From Schmidtea nova (Eukaryota), in contig CM097883.1 of the NCBI GenBank assembly GCA_044892505.1, positions 360,344,001-360,408,000 on the forward strand: 64,000 nt of DNA, read 5' to 3'. This document shows, one piece after another, positions 37,195 through 48,502 of the stretch. Position 1 is the stretch's first letter; the number at the start of each line of letters is the position of its first letter. Made by a program: the position numbers and the translations under genes. The notes below the pieces were generated by a model that was given only the letters and a program-made list of their open reading frames with translations, was not told the origin of the DNA and did no database searches.

Positions 37195-38469
37195 GCAGGA
37201 GACGCGAAAATTTTTCTGCGCGCCAGGTAAGTATAAAAAAAAGTGGAAAGGTTTTTGTTATATACTATACCTGGTACACTAGATATAACATCACTTGAAT
37301 ATGCAAGGTCCTACAGATAATCTGTAACTTGAAAACATGACGTATGAATTTCATTTTCGCCTCTGCGCTCTAAAAGTGTTCAACAGAAACTGTTTGCAAG
37401 CGCACCCGACTGCCTTAGCTTCGTTATTTGAATTACTTGAAATATCTTTTGAAAAAAACACTTTTACGATGACTTATTTGTTTTTAACAAGTGTTGAGGT
37501 TCCAAGAATCTCAACTTGATGAACTTATATAAATAAATAAGTCAAAGACTGGTTCTTTTCTAAATTTTATTTAAATTATATCAATTTACAAGTTTGATAA
37601 AAAATAAACAATTACCTCAAAGATAATAATTTTTTAGTTATTTTGTATGTAAGTGTATGTGTATGTAAGTGCTTGTAATTTCCTGAGCTCGGATGTAAAA
37701 ATTTTGTATGCTCGATTTTAATTTACAAATCGTTTACCGAATTTGTAATTCTTCTTACTGTGTAAGATTTTAACGGTGGTTTGACTGAAAAATCAGTCTG
37801 ATTATATATTAAACCCCTGTTGACACTCCACTTAGAGTGTCAACATACCCTGTTTATTTTAAATTTATTTTTCAATTTTTTGATTGCACAAAATGTGCTT
37901 TGTCTGTTTTTTTTGGCACTAAGTGCCCTTTATTTACTTTAAAGTTTTCCGAGCCTTTTAGTGCTCGTTCAAGTAAAAAATATTTTTTCATTTTTATAAT
38001 AAAAATAATTTTTTTCAATATAATAATTTTAAAATAATAATAATATCTTTTTTTTAAATAATAACAAAAATTATAACAATAATAGTAGTAATAATAAAAA
38101 TTATAATTATGATAATAATGGTTTTGAATTTAATGAAAATTATCACCCTTTAAAAAAGATAATAATAAAAAACTCTTTTTTTTATAAGAACCATAAATAT
38201 TTTCTGAAGTCTTTTTCAAATATGAAAAATAATCGTGCAATTTTCATTTCAACATAAAAATTGAATTTTCAAGGAATACCAAATTAAAATAAATACTTAT
38301 TGAAATCTATAAATTGTAAACTTTGACTAATGCACAATGTGACAGATCGTTCGAATGGTATTTGCACATTATTCGGTTTCAATTGCATTGATTTCTCCAT
38401 TTTATTTTTTGTAGTGCAATCAATATATTTTTTATTTCAAATAATTATAAAAAAAAATTAAAAATGGTA

Positions 38470-38525
38470 ATAATACAAATATTAATAATTATAATAATAA
38501 CAACAATAATACTAATAATAATAAC

Positions 38526-38556
<31 letters not shown>

Positions 38557-38800
38557 TAAAATAATAGTATCAATAACAACAATAATAAAAATACTAATAT
38601 TAACAACAATAAAACAAAATAATAATATTAATAATAATAATAACAATAAAAACAAAACAACAATATTAACAACAATAGTAATAATAATAATAATAATCAA
38701 AATAATAATATCAATAATAACAATAATAAAAATAATAATATTAATAACAATAATATCAACAATAATAATAACAAAAGTAATAATAATAATAATACTTGTA
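38470..38800. repeat. (AAT/AAC)n low-complexity repeat
   Basis: Direct inspection; it explains the spurious I/L/Y-rich ORF at 38512-38700. Confidence 0.9.
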
Positions 38801-39258
38801 ATTATATTAACAAAAAAAATTTAATTTATTCTATTTGCCAATATTTTATTAAAATTAATGTAATTAATAAAATTAGTTTATTTAATCAGATTGATTGAAT
38901 TTATATTTATCTATTTAGTGATGAATGCTTTTGTAATATTATTTGTTATTTATCTTGTCTATCTATTTAAAAAAAATACATCAACAAATAAAATCAATTA
39001 ATCATATAACAATATCATCAATTTTTCAAAACCAATAAAGTAAAAGAAAATGTTATCACAATCAAATGTAGTTCATCAAGTCAAATTATTATCATTGTTG
39101 GCCTGGGTTCTGATTGTTATTATCCACATACACATTTAGTCTGTACTTATTTGCCCCTATTGTATAATTTTCATCTATCTCAAAATTTTCGACTATCTTC
39201 CCTGTATCTAACACAAGTAAAGCTTGTGATTTTTTGTGATACCCAGTGCAAATCCCCA

Positions 39259-39300
39259 ATAGCAGACTAGTTTCGAGCTTTTGGCTTTCATCAGTGCTAT
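39259..39300 (-). ncRNA. Second type I hammerhead copy (perfect stem I, mismatch at base of stem II)
   Basis: AUAGCA-CUGAUGA-AAGC CAAAA GCUC-GAAA-C UA GUC-UGCUAU; inside a ~110-bp direct repeat of about 37115-37225. Confidence 0.8.
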
Positions 39301-39329
39301 GCAGAAGACGCGAAAATTTTACAGATCAT

Positions 39330-39462
39330 NNNNNNNNNNNNNNNNNNNNNNNNNNNNNNNNNNNNNNNNNNNNNNNNNNNNNNNNNNNNNNNNNNNNNNN
39401 NNNNNNNNNNNNNNNNNNNNNNNNNNNNNNNNNNNNNNNNNNNNNNNNNNNNNNNNNNNNNN
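39330..39462. other. Assembly gap
   Basis: Run of N. Confidence 1.
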
Positions 39463-39559
39463 ATAACGATAATAATAACTATAATAAAAATAATACTAAT
39501 AGAAATAATAATAAAAATAATAAAAATGTTAATAATAATGTTATTAATGATTGTGCTTG

Positions 39560-42300
39560 TTCCTGGCGTTACCTGTGCGGATTTCTTGGTGTCTCCATTC
39601 TTTCTTTGGGTTTCTTCTTTTCTTTTAATTTTAGCGGTCGGGCCTTTATTTCTGCTACTGTCAAAGTGTTAATAACATCCAACTTTACTGGGATTATTCC
39701 TATCTCGAGATCGTTGTCTAGGGATCGATCTTGATGCTACAAATGAAATGGCGGTTCGTATTTTAATCTCTTATTAATATCTCGTATCTTTTCGATAATT
39801 GGTATCCAAAATTTTTCTTTCTTTTGATTTTAGTATACTATTCTCAGGTGTATCTTTTGTTGCTGTTATTGGGAATATTCTTGATTTCTTTATTTGCCTA
39901 TTACTTGGTTTAATTGGTCCGGGCACCAGGCGTTAACTGTTCAGTATTCCTCTATCGCTTTAGCTAACTTCCTTAGGCACGTAATATTTTCTCCATTGGA
40001 CACAAAATACTCTGTAAGGCTTCTGACTTCTCTCTTTTTCTTGTGTGCGCTTCCTCTAAGCAATTGTAGTAATTCTTCTGTCTTTCGTCTTTCGGTTTCC
40101 AGTTACATCACCACTGCTTCTGGTCTGTATTGATCTGTTGGCATTATTTTCCTGGTTACCATGCAGACTATCTTTGCTTCCGGTTCATACTTATCTTCAA
40201 TTTCTCTATTTGGTTCTTATTCATATACACCTTCTTTTGCTTTACAGTATTTTTCTTGTTTGTTCCATTATCTTTCCCATGGGGTTTTTCTGGGTTTGCT
40301 GAGGTTTAGCTCCTCTAATTTGGTTTCTAATTATGGTCTTATCTGCCAACTTTGGTAGATCTTTATTATTCGTCTCAACTTTCTCGTTTTATCCTATTGT
40401 TGTCTTCTTACTCGCTCTTCGTCTCTTAGTGTTGCTCGTTGGGGATCGTCCATGAGCATAATTTGTATGGTTTGATAGTTGCCCCAAATGCCTAATTCGT
40501 ATACACATTTCTTCATGCTTTTCAAATATGTGCCCGTTATACATTATCGCTATATCGTCTTCGAATCCATCTTCATTTTGTTCTTTTCTTTGCTGTAAGA
40601 CCGTGGTGTTGAGGACTTCTATTAACTCTTGGATTGTACAGTCTGGTTCGATTCCAATTTCTATCTTATCCTCGTTTGGTACTTTTACCGTGATTTTCAA
40701 CTCAGCTAGTTCTCCTCTTCTGTATGCTGCTTTTCCAATTTTATGATTAGTCTGTTTGTTTTATAGCTTGAGTATCGGGCTCGGTTCGTATTTCAAATAT
40801 TCTCCATACATTCCTTTAGGTTTCCATAATCGATTTGTATCAATTCGTCCCACTTTTCCTCTATCTGGTTGATAATTTGGGTTACTAATTTGTTTAGATT
40901 ATCCTTCAAGATTTCCTCCTTTGCCTCCCTAAATTTGGGCTTCATCCTGGTTTCGAACCATACGTTTGCATCTTTTGCTATTTCTTGTGACGTTTCCTCC
41001 CTTCTTGTGTCTTCTAGTAATAACGTTGTTATTTCCCCTGGCCATATCAGCATATCTACCAGGCGTTTGTTTTCCTCCACTAAATATATCCATTTATCTT
41101 TATAGGAATTTCCTAGTCTTTCATATACCCATTGGTATAATTCATAGGTATTTATGCTTTCAATCCATATTCTTGGTGTGTATTCAATAATGAATATCTG
41201 GATTATGTATTCTTGCGCCGGTTCGTTGAATAATGCTCCGAAATACCTGCCCAACGCTTCTCTTTCTTTTTTTTGGTGGCGGATTTCCGTCCCTTGCTCA
41301 TTTTAGTCTTTTCACAAATTTCCTGTATTGGATATTTTCGATAAATCATTCGTTTCGTATTACTTCTAACGCATTATCCCGCATCTTTTGGATCTCGTCT
41401 ACTTCTATTTGTGCAATCTCTCGATTTTCGTTCACTCTCATCTTTAGGTCACTGACTGCCGTTTCTTGTAACATTTCATCCGCTAAATTGCTGAAGTCAC
41501 TTTCACTTTCTTCGTCGGAGAAATCTTTTGCTGAGTTTCTTAGCATGTTAATGTGCGCTGTTTGGTCTGCTTTTCTCGGTATAACTTATGGTATTATTTT
41601 GTCGTTGTTATCTACGGCTTCTATTTCTTCCATTTGAACTCTCCTTTTCTCTATCTCTATTGCTCTTTTTTTCTTGATCTTTCCTTTCAAAAATTTTATA
41701 GGCCCTGCTTTTCTCCTTTGGTGCTGGTTTGATTTCTTTGGTGTCTTCCTTGGGATTCTCGAATGAAAGTGAAAATTATTTTACTCATTAATACTCATAA
41801 GACTTTCCAGATATCTGCTGACTTTAGTCTTACCTCTACTTCGTCTTCCGATTTCCAAAAGGTTTTCGTTTGCTCGTCGATTCCGTATGAATTATTTCAT
41901 CAATTTTATTTAGCAGTTCTTCCGCCTTTTCTCTTGATTCGTAATTGGATTGATGTACGTCGTCGTTAGCTATAACTACTAATATGCCTCTTTGTTTAAT
42001 CTTTCTTTGTTCTCTTCGCAGGTCTCTTTCTCGTCTTTCTTGTTTTCTTGGTTTGAGGCTATTTGGGTGACTTCTCGTACTTCTTCTATTTTTAGCTCAA
42101 TCTTCTCGTTTTTGGTGTCCTTTGAGGGGCTTATTTTCGTCTGCTGTTGTTGTTTCCACATTTGTTTCTCCATCTATTTTATTGCTATGATCATGGTGAT
42201 TCTGGGTGGTTGTTGTTCTCTTTCCTGCCATTTCTGTTCCTCTTCTTGTTGTATTCTTGTCCATTCTTGTGCGTATTGTTGGGTATTCAAATACAGAGTT
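39560..42300 (-). pseudogene. Decayed element: charged/coiled-coil region, one or two ubiquitin-like domains, then gag-like remnants
   Basis: 40389-40700 KITVKVPNEDKIEIGIEPDCTIQELIEVL...IAIMYNGHIF resembles ubiquitin strand 1 to strand 3; 40793-41254 has a weaker Ub-like pattern; many stops and frameshifts. Confidence 0.5.
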
Positions 42301-42482
42301 ATAAAATATCGCTAATTCATAGCATATTACCAGTTTGGAAGATTATGAACGGAAAACTTTGTTAATAAACACCGTTAATAGACGATGTTATTTTTTTAAA
42401 ATAAATATTTATTTTATGAATAATTTGGGTTGACATAAAAATATTAAAATTATTTTATCAATAAATTATTTAAACCTTAGTT

Positions 42483-42882
42483 ACATTAAAGTTGGTAAAC
42501 ATTAATTACAAAGCGCGATTTCCTTTGAAAAATTATACGTAATATTAGATTCCCAACAAGAAAATAACAACAAAATTTAGATAAAAATGAAAATTATACA
42601 ATAATATTTTTCAAAACTGAGAAATGTTGAATATTGGGATGTAAGAAACATCTGGAAAGCAAACATTATAATATTCACGATGTTTGTCTTCAATCCTGTG
42701 CAATCACTATTGATATCAAACAAAGAATTACCTTGCATTATTTGTCAAAGAAAACAACATGTGTTTATGAACCAGAAGTATTTCCCGCATTGAGACTTGA
42801 ATCTTATAAACCATTGCGTGTAAATATATTTGCTAGCGGGAAAGTAGTTGTTCTCGGATTAAAAACACTCAATTTTGATTGA
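42483..42882 (+). pseudogene. TBP-fold (TATA-binding-protein-like) pseudogene
   Basis: LKLVNINYKARFP.../YTIIFFKTEKC*ILGCKK (repeat 1) and YEPEVFPALRLESYKPLRVNIFASGKVVVLGLK (repeat 2; TBP has YEPELFPGL...IF.SGK.V.TGAK); two stops and a frameshift. Confidence 0.75.
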
Positions 42883-45487
42883 TTGGTAAATAAAATAGTT
42901 CATGATGAAAAATATTTAATTGGTTCATCAACACTTTAAATACAGATAACTTTTCTTTTCCAATTATTTTACAATGACAAAAATTTCAGAAACTGGTAAA
43001 TATGTGCTCCATTATTTTAAAAATTTTTAGTATTTAGAGTTGAAGTTCTTGTTAAAAAAATTTTTGAAATTTATCCAGAAATTAAAAATGAAATCTTAAA
43101 TTGTGCTATAGAAATCGACGCTGGTTTTTATAACTTGATATTCCTCGCCCAACTGTCGCAATCTACTTTCGAGTACTTTGACCCGCAACTTAGATTCTTA
43201 GGTCTCCTTTTTATAATCGCGGACTTTACTCACGCTCATCTAAAAGAAGAAAACTAGAATTAAAGTACACTATGGTTGTTACGGCCTTATGCTCCCTCCT
43301 ACCCTCGAGTGATATGTCGCTGTCAATCAAAAAGCGTTACACTGATCCTTCCGTTCCTCAAACATTCAGCATTCCGTCAATCAGCATCATACATGGCATC
43401 ATCACTCCAATCCGAGTACAAATTTCGACACAAACATTTATTTATTTTTATAATTATATAACACACAATTTTCACAATGTCATAGAGCTTCGAGAGAACT
43501 CTACCAATTCCTGATCATATTTTCGGTCCATCAGTCCCTTCCCGTCTGGTTGATAGATTTCGGGACACGGATCCCAGCAGAGATGGTCATTAAAGACGAA
43601 TAGTCTCCCATAGTCTCCCGTTGTCTTTCTCTTGGTGCTGCTCCATATTGATACTTCCAGGCGCATGAAAGTATGGCCGCGTCTCGCCGGTGTAGATACA
43701 TTGCGGCCGATCCATCAAGACATAACCGAGCCTGTAGAGATCAGGGCCCGTCATTGAATCGTTGGTCAAGATCCATCAGGGTTGGCGTTGCTGATTTTCG
43801 AACTGCAGAAACCATTGGATTGATTTTTTTGTTCGGGAAGCTCGGTAGCACAAGCCACTCTGGGTCGCCTTCCCACCTGTACATTGAATAAGCATGATGG
43901 CGATCGCGCAGCGACCTCCACGTGTTGGCGGACCCATGCTCTGAGATGTCGTCATGCTCTATTCAGGATACTGGCACGGGCCTTTTCAGCGCCTTTGATC
44001 TCCATCTTTCGGCTCTTGATGCGCAGCTTGCGTGTTGATCTTGTCTTACTCATCTAAAGGGTTATACTTGGTTTAATTTTTCGTGTATCGGAAGAAAAAA
44101 GGGTTCCGCATCTCATCATCATTCAATCTATTATTCGACCACATCCACAACGTACGATCTTAACTTGGATTACCTGCATTCTCCGTCATTGAGATTGGTT
44201 TACGTAAATAATCATTTAGTCCTTCGATTGACATTTATCGTATCGATCCTACACCAGTTTGTTGTTAGGTGTCGTAGGCTCACCCACGGTCACCATCGTC
44301 TCACCAAAAACTACTTGTGTTTCATCAACCATATGTATTTCGTATGAGACAGTAGTCATTGTATGCAGTACATCATGAGTTAACTCATCAGACCGTGGTT
44401 GGCTTATCACTGAGTGATCTAAATTTTTTTATTTTTATTTTTCAATCGTGATTTATTGGTACAATAATGATTATTTGTTCAACCATAATTCATTCAACAA
44501 GTTCTGATCATTTTCGACCATCATTTATTCAACACACTCTGATCGTCTTCAACCATTATTTACCCAACCAACAATGTTCATTTTTTCAGCTACTGTTAAT
44601 CCGACAAACAATGATCATATCCAAATTTAGTTTTTTTTACCTGTCGGGAACACATTCGACACCGGGGTTCGGACCTCGTTACTTAGAATGTCACACTCAT
44701 GAAACCTGCTATGACAGTTGGTGAAACATTAATTGAGTCTAGATGATGCCTACTCCAAATCGGGTTTTATATTCATGTTCCTCGCATATACTCACCCTAC
44801 CACATTATTTTATTCTTGTTGATCGATCTTAGTGGGGTGCTTAAGCCTTTAGGTTGTCTGGCTTGTACTGAGATTATTGCTGAACCACTTTACTCGCATT
44901 ACAGATTTGATACCCTATGTGCACCCATTTCCCCACAAATTGAATTTAGGACACTTATGGTCTCGCCGCATCAGCACCTCACATGAAAATGTGTTGTGCC
45001 GAGAGGCCGAGAATCCCGTCAGATCGACTGACCTTCGGGACAAAACTTATGCATTTTACAATCATGAGGGTTTACATAAATAATAACTATAACCAAACTC
45101 ACATACCTTTTATTTCAATCAGGTTCTCCAAGTACAATCTTGTTCTGGTCCACAACTAGTAAGAAGGATAGCTTACTAGTGAAGTAACACTTGGTAAAAT
45201 TTTGACGTTTTTGCTACTGGTTTTACTGCTGTATTTATACTGAATGACGTTGCTGGCCAGCCAATCAGAATTGAGCATGTGTGTGGATATTGATTACCTT
45301 TCACGTTTAGTGATTTTCTTTTGTGTATTTAATTTGGTGAGCTATTATTCATTTATTTATGATTCTTTTGTTTGCTTTTGTTAAATTTTAGATATTCCGT
45401 CAATATCCGCCTACGTCTGTCAGATTTTGGCTCCATCTGGGTGAGTTTTTGTATTGTTATTTTTATTTGATTTAATTCTTTTGTTAT

Positions 45488-46338
45488 TTTGGTGGGTGTG
45501 GCAACCCGTCCTGAGATGTGCAAGTGATAATGGATTTCATATTCTCGCTGAGCCCCCATTTATGACCATCGTTTGATCGAATAATCAATTGTAAAATCGG
45601 TGGCCGATAGAGATAAATTCTCTCCTGATAAATCCTCAGCATGTTTGGTGGTATTTGAATGTGCAAATTATCGGCGCCCGTTGTTGAATAATCAATTTTC
45701 CATAATGCATCGTTAGCTTCTCTATAGAACCTTACGATAATTTCTGTATTGAATTTAGACTCGTTAAAATTCATAATATGAAAAAAATTCTCTTTTAATC
45801 TTCGATCTAATTTCGGAAGAAAGCCTGGATAGATATAATGTGTTTGTATTTCATTGGTTAAACTATGATCCACTTTCAATACATAAACTGCAAAAATGTG
45901 ATGATAATCTAAATTTGGATGATAAATATTTATGGAAAAGTCTTGATCGATATGATGTGGAAATTTATCGCTTTTTGTTATTTTAAAATCATTTGTGGAC
46001 TTCGAATGGTGACCAAATAATATTTCGATAAACACAAATGCTAGAAGAAGAAAAAGATAACATTTCATATTTCAAAGAATTTTAATGAATTTTAATCAAC
46101 TCTCAAACTATATATTTTTAAATCAAAATATTTATACAATAATATTTAAACAAAATGTTTATGTAATTAATAACAGTTTTTAATCTAATAACAGTTTTAA
46201 AAATTTCAATAACAGTTTAAAATTTTATATTATTTTTTACTAAGATTGTTTTTGGAGTTAAATCGTCATTAAAATGACTTGTTGAAAATCTAATATCATT
46301 TGAGAGAATCTTCGATATCGGCTTTCTAGACCACTACA
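45488..46338 (-). repeat. 3' LTR (contains 194-aa ORF 45484-46068)
   Basis: Direct repeat of 52256-53106; I saw only three substitutions. Confidence 0.95.
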
Positions 46339-46349
46339 TCAGCCCCCAT
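46339..46349 (-). promoter_or_regulatory. Polypurine tract
   Basis: ATGGGGGCTGA immediately before TGTAG of the 3' LTR. Confidence 0.7.
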
Positions 46350-46555
46350 CGGAAGATGCGGAGCACATTTTGAAATACTATAATGTAGATACGTAATATA
46401 GTAGTTTAGTATATAATAATATGGTATTTTGTAGTGTCCAGAAAGTATTTGGAAAGAGTTGTGAATGAAATGGAAGAACCCGAGAAAGAATTGCGAAAGA
46501 AATTTAGGAAACCGAGAGAAAAAAAACTAATAGAACTTGGTGGAAAGTGATGCAA

Positions 46556-48174
46556 TTAATTTGAATAGATTCTTATTAGTCTGGTTGGTGAATCCGGTTT
46601 TTGATTAATAGAACGGACACGAACCCATTTGTTGTAAGTGACGGACTTTGGTTTATTTTGTGTTTGATTTGCTTTCCTCAAAATGGGTGGTAAACGAAGT
46701 ACGTCATTTGGTTCTGGGATAAACGGTATGTATTCAGATTTTTCCGTAATTTTGTTTTCTGCGTATGATATTTGAACAATCGGGTATGAAGGTGAGTTGT
46801 TGGAAAGATCGTCCTCAGTGGAATTGATAGGGTCATTATCGTTTATGTCGGAGTTCGGGATTATATCGGTTTGGGTCGAGAAATTATCAGGTGGAGGTTC
46901 ATCATCGAGCAAAACTAAAGCTGGTTTAAGACGGCAGAGGTTAAATGTTTGTGTAGAGTCGTTAACAATCACTTTCGCGTTGTTTTCTTTAATCTCGACG
47001 AGCTTGTAAGGTCCGGAATATCTTGGCTTTAAACTTGCATCGGTTATATTTCTAATATAGACGTGTGATGCATTTCGAATGTTTTTGGAATGTAAGGCTT
47101 ATAGGTGGTGGCGGAAGAGAATTCAGGATTAGTGTCGATTGATAAAAAATGGTCTCTAGCAATCGCGAGATCTTCCAAAGTAGGAGAGTTATCAAAGTCG
47201 ACAAGTTGACCGGGTAACGATGTATTTGTACCGAAAAGTAATTGAGCAGGTGATGATCCTGTAGTCCTAGAAGGTGTATTTCGCCAACCTAATAATACGA
47301 AAGGTAAAACCTTTGTCCAACCTTGTTGTTCAGAAAGAATGCCAAGAGAAGCTTTTAAAGTACGATGGAAACGTTCGACTAAACCGTTTGTTTGTGGATG
47401 ATATGCGGTAGTACGAAGATGTTGTATCCCAAGTTTAGCGGTCAAAGCTTGAAATAAGTTAGATTCAAACTGTGTTCCGCGATCACTGATGATCGACTTG
47501 GGAACTCCATATCGTGAAATCCAATTTTGAATTAGCGAAGTTGCGATAGTGTTAGAAGAAATGGTGCGTAAAGGAATGACTTCGAACCAACGAGTCTTGC
47601 GGTCGATCATGGTTAATAAGTAAGAAAAACCGCAGTCACTTGGGACTGGGCCGACGATGTCAATGTGTAAGTTTTCGAAACGGTTGCCAGTGGGATAATG
47701 AATTATTGGAGGTTTAGTGTGCTTAGTTATTTTAAAACGTTGGCATCCTATGCATTGTGCAACCCAGAGTTTAACATCATGTCTCATGTTTGGCCAAACT
47801 ACACACGTGTGTAATAGATTAAAAGTGGCTGAGGAACCTGGGTGGTGCGTGTTGTGGATAGACAGAAAAGCCGGTTTTCTCATGGAGTCATTCAAGATTG
47901 GGCGAAGAGTGCCAGGAAGAGATGAGTCGTAGTGAATTTTGTCTTTGATTATATGTTTGTCGCCAAATTTCGAAATATCAATGGCATCTGGAGGATTATT
48001 TTGGAGTTCGTCGATAGAAAATAAAGGACAGTGGATAATTGCGTTTACATTTCGTGAAAGGCAATCAGCTATAATGTTATCACTGCCGGCGATGTGGTAT
48101 ATTTGGCAAGAAAATTCGCTAATATAGCTAATCTGGCGTTGTTGTCTCGGAGAAGGGTCTTTCATTGAGAACAA
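46556..48174 (-). CDS. Integrase (frameshifted near 47044)
   Basis: HHCC zinc motif (HNTHHPG...CIGC), HIDIVGP, ISDRGTQFES, NGLVERFH; C-terminal GPY-type segment in the next frame. Confidence 0.95.
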
Positions 48175-48482
48175 GTAAACAAGTGGCTTATGGTCTGTAT
48201 GGATGCTAAAAAGACGGCCCTCGAGTAAATGCTTAAAATGTTTAAACGACTGGTAAATAGCGAGAAGTTCGCGGTCGAAGCTGAATATTTTTGATGTGGT
48301 GAGGTAAGTTTCTTTGAGTAAAATTCTAGTTGCTCTGGGATGTAACCGTTTATCTGGTGCAAAACGGCACCGATTGCTATGTTTGACGCGTCTGTGGTTA
48401 AACGTAATGGCAAATCTCCTCGTGGATAATGCAAAGTCTGGATGTTTGAAAGGGCTGTTTTAGCATGCTCAAAAGCGAGCAA
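48162..48482 (-). CDS. RT connection/RNase H fragment
   Basis: LRLTTDASNIAIGAVL...EFYSKKL; frameshifted from both neighbours. Confidence 0.9.
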   Translation of the reverse strand: MLAFEHAKTALSNIQTLHYPRGDLPLRLTTDASNIAIGAVLHQINGYIPEQLEFYSKKLTSPHQKYSASTANFSLFTSRLNILSIYSRAVFLASIQTISHLFTCSQ

Positions 48483-48502
48483 CGAAGTATCGTTCCAAGG
48501 AA

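Noticed and set aside
38512-38700. Hydrophobic 62-aa ORF
   Set aside because: Translation of the AAT/AAC microsatellite.
39246-39734. ORFs containing X runs (also 56337-56663)
   Set aside because: Artefacts of N gaps.
44370-44400. CTGATGAG on the minus strand, possible hammerhead
   Set aside because: The stem GAG-TTAA-CTC is followed by ATGA, not GAAA, and there are no stems I or III; it is just a palindrome.
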